Of a stretch of 64,000 nt of DNA, positions 54,326 to 64,000 are shown one piece after another (position 1 is the stretch's first letter; the number at the start of each line of letters is the position of its first letter). The position numbers and the translations under genes are program-made. This stretch comes from Octopus vulgaris. Its lineage: Eukaryota. Under the pieces are notes generated by a model. The model saw only the letters and a list, made by a program, of their open reading frames with translations. It was not told the origin of the DNA and ran no database searches. The stretch lies in assembly GCA_951406725.2 (NCBI GenBank), contig OX597814.1, forward strand, positions 91,698,001 through 91,762,000, read 5' to 3'.

Positions 54326-56171
54326 TCCATCACGATAATGAAGATTTTAATGGCAGCTGTGAAATCTATGTAAACGACGGTGATGGTGTCAGTGATGAAA
54401 ATGTTGATATCACATTAAGTCAGTGAAAAATAAATAAGCTGAGGAGGATTCCATTCAGTCAGTTTGGTATATCTCACGGCGGCTTTATAACAATGGAATC
54501 ATTATAAGTCTAAGTAGCCATTTACGAGTAAATCCTTTCCATAATAGAAATATATTGCCTCTTTTACAAATATTTTCTTTGTCTTTCTAATCTTTCTAAT
54601 CTTTTAGCGTCTAACTCCCTGTTAAAAGAGGATATATACACTTCCAACCAAAACCACTTATAAGAAAACTTCAATTACTTTCGAGGTATTTTCAAGATAT
54701 CTATTATTGTTACTATAGACCTGAAGGATTGTCAAATATATTGCTTAGTTCCTACTTGTCATGAATTTCAATGGAGATATTTTAATTCGTTTTCCTGCGT
54801 TATCAATAAGTTTGGAAAAATTGTACTTTTCACATTATTATATTTCCAATCGCTTGTGCATGTAAGACTGTGTGCAGATTTAAAAGAATGTCATATTTCC
54901 GATTGTATTCAATCCAAATACTTTAACTTACTTAAATCTATGGAATGTCTTGAATGGCAAAATCCGATTCCATTTCCGTTTCGTATATGTTGTAATATTC
55001 TTCATGTATTAATGTTTATTGTTAATCATTTTCTTCTTATTTACAGGGAGGTTATCATAAACATAACAGTGTAGCATAGATGGTTTTTACAAAGATTTTA
55101 AATGCATTGCAAATTAACTGAAATATTTTCAGCTTCATATCCAGTCCGCAGTTTTGCATACAAAATACTAGAAATATTTCAACGTGACGAGTATTGTAAA
55201 AAGTTACGTGCAAAGAGGTGATAAAGGGATGTCTTTCCAAAGCCGTTTTCAATTTTAGACAGTCAGTGTTATGAGTGAACAAAATATATATCAGTTGAAT
55301 AGCGTACATATAAGCGTGATTCTATCGGCTTCATAAGGGGCTAAGTTTATCAGGTATGCTTGATAAATTTGGTCGTTCATGAAGCTGAAGTAACAGTAGT
55401 GCTCCAGAATAATGGAATCAGAAAGAAAAATTATATCAATTTATGCATAGCCAATTTAAAAGCTAAACAGTCATAACATAATTCGGTAAGTTTTGGATTG
55501 ATCAATTCCTGGTTTAGTTAAGTAACTTTTCCGTCATCAGCAAAACACACTGAGCGAAAAAAATGAAAATATCTATACATGCTCTTAGAAAGGCACACAC
55601 AAAATGCGAATACATATAAATATTCACAAACATATTCGCATCGAATTTCGCAGTCCACCTCAACAGTCTACATTAATGCTTTCAACTTGTGTGATAATAT
55701 GTGTAAGGAATATTTGAAGTGGTAGGACATATTTGACGTGTTCTTTCAACATATAGAAATAATAGCGTTTGTGCCCTTAAGTATAATTGTAACCTATAAA
55801 ATTATATATCTCTATAAATATATTTTGCCTAAAAGGATTTTGTATGCAGGCCTCTGATAAAATACATAAATTTAATGATTTATCCTCTGTTTTAAATATA
55901 AGTTCGGGTTAGTTTATTTACCTCTGTAATACACTGACCGAATACACACGTGTTGAGGTAGTCTGTGAATTTCGATACGTGTATATTTATTTCGCTGTGT
56001 GTGTTTTGCTGATCAATACAAAACTAAATGAATTATTTTATGAAATTTGAGCCAGTCTGCTTTCACGCTTTAAACTTGTGAAATTATATGTGGAGTGGCT
56101 ATTTGAAGGCGGTAGGACGTATTCGGTGTGATCTTTCAATATATAAGCATAATAGCTTTTGTACCCTATAC

Positions 56172-56206
<35 letters not shown>

Positions 56207-56420
56207 CATACACATGCATGTATGCATGTATATTTGTATATATCATACTAATCTTGTTTATCGTCATTACTATTTTCATGTCGGCTCAACTGGATTTTTC
56301 CTATAGTCACTCTTTACCCCGGGATCTTAGTCCTCGATATAGACATCAAAGTATAAGTTCAAATCATTTGAGTTCCATACGTGTCTCTTATGTTGGGCAT
56401 CTCCTAGATCGCACCTCATG

Positions 56421-56470
<50 letters not shown>

Positions 56471-56749
56471 AGTTGCCAACTCGATTTCGAGTAGAGCCAT
56501 TGCCTGGTTTCTTTATGCTCTAGAATATCATCGATGAGCTACACGAATATGTCTTTTGAGGCCTGCCAGAGATTTACATGCTTTTTGACAATTAGGGCAA
56601 GAAAACTTGGTGATTGTATAGTTTACAGCTGCATGAACTTTACGATGCGTTTTCAAGTCATTTTTGATCTGCATATTTTATGACAGAGTATTCATTCCAA
56701 ATCATCTGTCCATCAATAATCAATGTGCGTTTATGCAATGCGTGATTTC

Positions 56750-57280
56750 ATATGGATCATTAGCCCAGCCTTGCTAAGACAGATCTTTCCACTTTCAAAC
56801 ATGTAGGATCATCATATTCATTAATGCTTGTTAGAATATCATTACTGTCAATTTTTCTCATGTTTATCTTTGCATGCTCCATTCTCTTCTTTTGAAATTA
56901 ATTTTTGCCTTTATACACAACTTTTTTTCCGTTTTTCTCAGCAGTGCGCTAAATCTTCCCATTTGCCAATAGGAACATTTATCGTATTCAATTCCTTTTT
57001 CAGACAATCTTTGTACCTCAACTTTGGTTTGTGGGACAGACGCTTACCTGTTACCAATTCTCCGTAAAAATGTTGTTTAGGCATTCTGTTGTCAGTCATT
57101 CTGACTAAGCGTCCCCTCCATCTCAATCTATACTGCAATAGCAAAGCTTCAATAATGAAGCATTTTCCTCTTCCAAGCACCTCATTGTCACTCACAAGCA
57201 TTTTCCAGCTGCTCTTCAAAATCCTTCTGAGACATTGTTGATGAAAATGTTCCATAAGTTTTAAGTGCTCACGATACACA
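56750..57280 (-). mobile_element. RTE-clade LINE 3' fragment
   Basis: ORF 56938-57279 has [14 protein letters not shown]...RLRWRGRLVRMTDNRMPKQHFYGEL..GKR...KPKLRYKDCLK. Confidence 0.88.
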
Positions 57281-57314
57281 GTCGTATATATCTATGTGTG
57301 TGTGTGTATGTGTG

Positions 57315-57382
<68 letters not shown>

Positions 57383-57402
57383 TGCGGGTATGTATATATA
57401 TA

Positions 57403-57437
<35 letters not shown>

Positions 57438-57443
57438 ATATAT

Positions 57444-57554
<111 letters not shown>

Positions 57555-58925
57555 CTAGTCCGCTACACAGTCACCCACCACAAATATACTTTCACAGACA
57601 CACTACACACCAATTTTCTCCTCACCAAACCAGACATATTAAAGACTTACCACAAGAATCTACCTACTACAAACATATTTATAGACCTAAATCAGATAAA
57701 CAGTTATGTGAAAGGCAACAGAATGTTCAAGAACAACCGAAAATAATCAACTTATCATAGAAAATCCTAAGTTCTTCACAAACTAAAATTCTAGTAAGAG
57801 GTTTAAGGTTTGCACCAAACCCTCGCAGAGCGAACCCGAATGAAATTAAGGATAACACTATGGATTTTTGTTGCAAATTGCGCCTCACAGAAGCACTTCA
57901 CAAGTACACCAGCGAAGATGATGCAATAGTAATAAACGAAAGCGAATACTGTCCTACAAAAGGGAGAAATAAAGCACTTGATTTTTCTGACCATATTACA
58001 AATTTTCCGTTCAATACCCCATAAGAACAAGGAATTAAGTCCAATTTTAACATAAATGAGTGGAAAAACCTAATCGAGTTAAAAAATGATATAAATCCGA
58101 CTATTAAATAAGCCGATAAATGAAGTGCGGTAGTAGTGCCGGACACAGAGTACTATAAAAATTTAATACACTCCATGTTGGAAAACAATATTTATTTTGA
58201 GTTGATAGTACAATACAACCCACAGAAGAGACACAAAAAACATATCCTCCTTACTTCAAATACATGGAAAGGGTCACACTAAAAAAAGATATTGACTATT
58301 TATCGAATTTTAAATACAGACCAAGTCTCTGCTTCGGATTACCTAAAATACACAAAAATCTACATATTTCTAAAGCTTGTAAAGATTCTACAAGCTTATG
58401 CATTAATGTTCCTCCACCTACTGACCTCAAACTAAGACCCATCATTGCTGACACTGTTTGTGAAACTCACCGTTTGAGCAGTTTCCTCGACATCTTACTC
58501 AAACCGTTTCTTAAATATGTGACAAGCTTCATCAGGTATGACTTAGGCATTCTTAACCACCTCCCGAGTAGAATAAATGAAGGAACCATGTTAGTATCAT
58601 TCAATGTGGTGAACCTGTACACCAATATCCCATACGATTATGGCATAGAAGCAATCGCCTGCTGGCTAGAAAAATTACCCAAAAGGGATCCCAGGACGCA
58701 TCAACTACAGATTCATAATTGCAGCACTGAAATTCATCCTACTGAACAACTATTTCATGTTCGATACAGCTTACTAACGACAAATATGTTGAATTACGAT
58801 AGGAACCCGAGCTGCCCCAGTGATCGCGAACCTTCTAATGAGTTACCAAGAACTTAAAATATACCAATCATCACTACGAAAATATGGCACCTCATTTCAT
58901 TGCTATTTAAAGGAGAATTGGAAGC
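57555..58925 (+). mobile_element. Penelope-like element RT region, pseudogenised
   Basis: INLS..LSSSQTKILVRGLRFAP, IK*ADK*SAVVV, FGLPKIHK, LRPII, VSFNVVNLYTNIP, GTRAAP..ANLLM. Confidence 0.88.
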
Positions 58926-58957
<32 letters not shown>

Positions 58958-58985
58958 ATACATATATATATCTATATGTATATAC

Positions 58986-59023
<38 letters not shown>

Positions 59024-59048
59024 GTATATACATACTTACATACATACA

Positions 59049-59096
<48 letters not shown>

Positions 59097-59754
59097 CATG
59101 AAATTTCCAAGTAAGCATGCACAAGAGAATTAAGTATGAATTTGAATGGTTTATCGTATCGAAAACATTACTTATAAGTACTAAACCCAGTATTATAGTC
59201 TGATAAATGCTATTGATCTTGTACAATAATTTCGAGAAGCTCTATTCAAAGAGATTGTCACATAGAAAAGCGTAATTATATCTCGCTTTATAATATCTTT
59301 CTCTGTTGTCCTCAACAGTCTGTTTGAACAATTGATATGAAGCCACTAGCGTGTCACTGCTTTGTAGTTTTCTCATGAGCAGATTTTCTAAATACATAAA
59401 AACAATGAGTCTTATCTAAAAGTAGTTTTGTACTGTTTCTCTAAACAAGGATTGTTAATGATGTTTATCACGAGGTTCGCTCAGATCATGTCAATATGTA
59501 TTCAAAATCATCCCTTTCGAGATCACGCAATTTTCTAATATACTGAAGTCTATATTAAGTTTATATTGATGAAAATTAGGCATACTTTTCTATAAACTTT
59601 TAAAACTGGTGTATTTAATTACTCGAATGAAATCGTTCTTTCGCTGCCATGCCATGATGTCATTTGATATAATAAAATGACGGAAAGAATATTCGTTTCA
59701 AATTTTGAAACAAGACCAAACGACACATGTAATATTGATTTCAAAACTTTCGCA

Positions 59755-60170
59755 GAATCCAGCAATTTCGGAGAAGGGGCTAAGTCGGTTACATCGACCC
59801 CAATGCTCAGCCGGTTTCTCATTTTATCGAACCTGAAATTATGAAAGGCGAGAGCGACCTCATTGGCATTTGAACCCTGAATGTAAAGGCGAACGAAATG
59901 ACGTTAAGCTCTTGCCCGGCGTGCTAACGCTTCTGTCAGCTCACCACCTTAATATCCCACATAATATTAGTTTCACATATTGACACAAAGACGATGGATA
60001 AGTCGATTCTATTGGGCCCCAGTTTTCAACAGGTACTTATTTTATCAACCCTTAAAATATGAAAGGCAAACCCGACCTTGGTAGAATCGGAATTCAGAGA
60101 GTTAAGACGTACGAAAGCCCTCTAGGCATTTTGCCCGGCGTGCAGACGACCTGCCAATCCCCCACCTTAA
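59755..60170 (-). mobile_element. Two adjacent degraded SINEs of the ggcggcgagctggcagaa family
   Basis: Both end in gcccggcgtgc...caccttaa, the reverse complement of the head. Confidence 0.6.
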
Positions 60171-61831
60171 TTATACACTACTGTTTACTTTTATACTGCA
60201 AAGGTCAGTCATCATCCGAGGAAGAAAATTGCCAGTGCTTCATGTTAATTCAAAGTCTGGATAGGTTACATGTACATAAAAACTAGATAAGTTCAACAAG
60301 TACGGTTTAAGAGAGCAATGTACCCCTTTGTATGATTAAACATTCTAATTATTGTTTTTATTTAATTACAACAAAATTCAGTAAATATATTCTCATAGTG
60401 CCGTCTATACCACTTCTGTACTTTTGTTATACTTTGGTAGAAATGCCATCCTGTCTCTAATGGTCCCTAAACTGAATAATAGCAGACTCCTTCCGTAGCT
60501 ACTTTTGACCTGCAAAAGATACTGCCACTGAATTTCTCTTGTCATCTACCTTATCGCAAAAGAATCATCTACCTTATCGCAAAATGTTAATGAATTTTTT
60601 CCTCAAACTATCCTAATGTAAAATACTAAGATCAAAATCAATTCCTTGTTTTTGTGGAGAAATGCCAATGAAAGCTCTTCTTTTCCCGAATTTCTTTATT
60701 TTGATTTCCGCTTTTCCTTGAACAGCAGAAAAATAAAAATAAACGAATAGCAGATCTCACCACGCAACATGCACCTCACTATTATGAAATATATCGATTT
60801 GTGGGCGATGGATTTGAGCTTTTGCAGTGACAATTTCATGGTTTCATAAACTGTGTTTTTACAAATATTGAACGACTAATTGGTACCGAAGGAAACTCGT
60901 TTCAATTACTTAACAAAACACAACTCTGGCTTTTGAACTATTAATGAATATACGTTGTTCGTTTGATTCATATTGATATGTAGTAAAACCATAACAACAT
61001 GAAAGAAAGCAATTTCATGTCCAAGAAATACCACAGAATATTTTTCGTTGTCGATAAAAATAAAATGTCTTTGTCGGAGGTTGTAGATTATTTCTGTTCA
61101 CTTTCAGTCTCATTCATTTTGCTGAAGTCTTTAGACATAAATCGCGGAGTAAAGGATTAATTCAGGCTATATGAAGGATTTAGGTAAATTGCATTAGCCG
61201 GTTGTCTGTTCCAGCTTCAGATAATGTGATGGCATCTAACTTACGAAATAGAAGCTGAGACATAACTTCACAATAATGGACAAGTATTCACAAGGGACAG
61301 GTCAAGTTTGGGTAATCTGTCTTCGGTTTAGTATTGGTGCTATATATATTATCCAACAAAAATTATTAACCTTTGAAATGGTATCATCATCTACCCTCAG
61401 GCTACTGGCACATCAAATCTCATTCATTTACCTTTAGTTCTCTTACTTTGATTCACATTTACAAGACAAACATTCAGCTGACATGTATAGGAGCCTAGAT
61501 TTTGTATTAATCAAACAAAACGACTAATTTCACTTCCTCTAAAATACGGGGAATGCACTCTTCTAATAATTTGCCGCTGTCTTGATGTTGGAAACGATTC
61601 AGAATTGTTTCAGAAGGCATTTGGATTGTGCCTCACATCTTATAGACTCTATTACAAGTTTATCGTGGGTATGGCAAATGACTTATAAATATATTATTAA
61701 ATTGAAACTGTGAACCTTAAGAAACCAATCAATTAATGCAGAAATAATTAATCGCACACATACACACACATACACACGATACCACACATGTTTATGTATG
61801 TACAGAGAAGTATCGATATTTATTGAGTCGG

Positions 61832-61965
61832 TATTCCGCAGAGGTCGACTTTGTCTTTCAGTCTTTCGGAGTCGATAAATTAAGTACTTGTTGCGTACTG
61901 GGATCGATCTAATCGACTGGCACCCTCCCCCAAAATTTCGGGCTTTGTTCCTAAAGTAGAAAAGA
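61832..61965 (+). mobile_element. SINE core fragment
   Basis: ttccgcagaggtcgactttg...gtcgataaattaagtac...cccccaaaatttc. Confidence 0.7.
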
Positions 61966-63189
61966 ATATCTATTGAGCTGTTAATCGTTTGAGAATCAGC
62001 ATTCTTGTGTTCCAATGACTGAATTGCCTGTTCCTGAATTAATGTTTCAGTCACTGAGAATTTCGTAGTCAGATGCACCCTTAACCTAATGATCTGGCAT
62101 AATCAGCACGACACAGTGTCAGACAAGGCTATACCTTCTTTTGGATGACAAGTGCAAACCATCCGATGGGCTTCTATACAGCTTTCCCTCAATACAGGTC
62201 AGTCAGAACCTATAGGTCACATGCTACTTTTGAAAATAACATTTTCTCAAATTCCACACTCTAAAATTCAACCTGGATTCTCGAGATTTCCAAGCAAACT
62301 TCACTATTCGACCAAACTGAACTTATATGCATATATATTTAGGCATATATAAAGAACAGTCAAACAAGATCTATAGAGCACACGCATTATTTCGGAATCT
62401 ACGATATATCTCCTTATCGCAACACAAATTCAATCATGCAGATAGTGGCATCACGTTTCACATTGCTACCCATTTAAGTTTTGATGCAGCCATCGCACAA
62501 GTACCCAGCTGATCATAAGATGTGCATTATATCTAGCTAAGAATCATATTTTCATAATATAACTCAAAGAACTAAAAATAGAATAAATTTTTCCTCCTTT
62601 ACGGGAGAAAAGAGTAATTTTGTCATATCTGTAATTTTCCTATCGATAGATCCACAGAGTTATCTGAAAACAGCCAACATAGTAATAATTCTCCCCACTC
62701 TACACAACTGATATGTTAATTGATCATTTTTACAGACAACCTGCCACACACGCAAACCACATACGAGAATGTTAGTGTACGTCATTGCATATTCCGTCTT
62801 AAAAGTACACATGAAACTTCATCTGAACAAAGATAATCGATGAAAACTTTTAAGTAGGAAAATCATTCGCCCAATTTCATCTAAGTTAAGTCCAGTTTAT
62901 GTTTTAATTTTATTGTAGCTTGAACAATTCTGTAACGTGAGAAACATACAGTTAGTAGTAACGGATAGAATCATCAACTCAAACGAATGGATACCGCTAC
63001 ATGTAATGAGTACAATGCATTCGTATCATATTATTTGTATGCATATTTATATGAAAGGCGGTTGGATCTGTCCAATGCAGTAGTGGTTACATTTTTTTAT
63101 TGCTTACCAAACACTGACGCGTTTTATTGCTTTTATTTATAATTTATATTTTTTTATTTAATTTTTTAGAATTTTTTGTTATTGTTCTA

Positions 63190-64000
63190 TAGTTGAAGAT
63201 CAGAGGCGTCATCTAAGATATTATATCTGTCCAAACACAATTTTTATACTGCAGGTAGGAACCTTGCATCAGATTTTGCACATTTTAAAGAGGATACGGT
63301 GTGATCTGGGAGAGATATATCAACCATTTTAGCAGATCAAAATACTTCATACGAGCAACTTCGAGGTATCCCAGCTAGTAAATCATTAATGTGAGGATGT
63401 GAAAAATATCCAAAGATCAAGAGTGAATCATATCTGAATTTGAATGAAACAGTGCTAGGAAAATGTGTAAACATTGGTATCCCCATTTCTTGAACAGATA
63501 ATTCAGACGATTTCACAGTTCCTAAAGTTCTGTCGGAAGAAGTGAGAGAGCGTGTAATGAACCACGTTGATCATATCTGTTGAAAACGTAGGAGAGGTGG
63601 TGGCATCATCGTGTACATATCTGGAGGATCTGCACACGACCACCACTCACTATTTATGTCTACTTCTGTTTCTGAACGAAGTTGTCCACATTAGAAATCA
63701 AGTATAAATCACTTCATGCTGAAGTGGAACTGGTTCAGCAGAAGTTTGGAGCACAAAGCATTTATTCGCACTCAGCCTCACGCAGGACTTCTATTTCATG
63801 TCCTCGCTCGTCTTACAGACTCCAGTAGTACTTTTGTCAGCTTGGTGAAGGCCCTCATCAACCCATTATAATCTTTGACTACATTAATTACCTCTCATGG
63901 AGGATGCACCTCTGCTAGAGCCCTCTCTTTCCCAACCCTGAAAACGAAGCACTCTTTCTAAGAATCTTTGACTGACGATGAAGCGATGTGTAAGTTTGTA
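63190..64000 (-). mobile_element. Highly decayed RT fragment, probably Penelope-like
   Basis: Minus-strand remnants resembling GIPM, a YIDDLL-like HINDLL, SYL and a DxxDF-like stretch. Confidence 0.4.

Noticed and set aside
61432-61495. Candidate upstream GPCR exon (SYTCQLNVCLVNVNQSKRTK, phase-1 donor gtaaat)
   Set aside because: Poor acceptor, an in-frame stop just upstream and no signal peptide, so it cannot be supported.

Overview
AT-rich, microsatellite-dense, repeat-dominated eukaryotic DNA. The SINE families and repeat landscape look like a coleoid cephalopod (Octopus) genome, which is an inference. The only host coding sequence I can support is two small minus-strand exons (25375-25482, 19955-20052) that splice in frame and encode the hormone-binding ectodomain of a class B (secretin-family) GPCR. 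A possibly disrupted TM1-like segment follows near 19.3 kb. Bases 1-18.9 kb are a pile-up of mostly co-oriented R4/Dong-type non-LTR retrotransposon pieces inserted at (TAA)n tracts. One of them is split by a young non-coding LTR element (10004-12775) with 613-bp LTRs, a tRNA-Trp PBS, a PPT and a 4-bp TSD. The rest holds tRNA-derived SINEs and mariner, CR1, RTE and Penelope-like remnants. The most striking signal is three unrelated fold-back elements (24.1-24.7, 27.3-27.8, 48.5-49.2 kb), each with an intact or decayed minimal hammerhead-ribozyme motif per arm in the same outward-facing geometry. One has a 46-bp TTAA-bounded loop that recurs in a second copy at 15.7 kb and as a solo intronic sequence at 23.3 kb.
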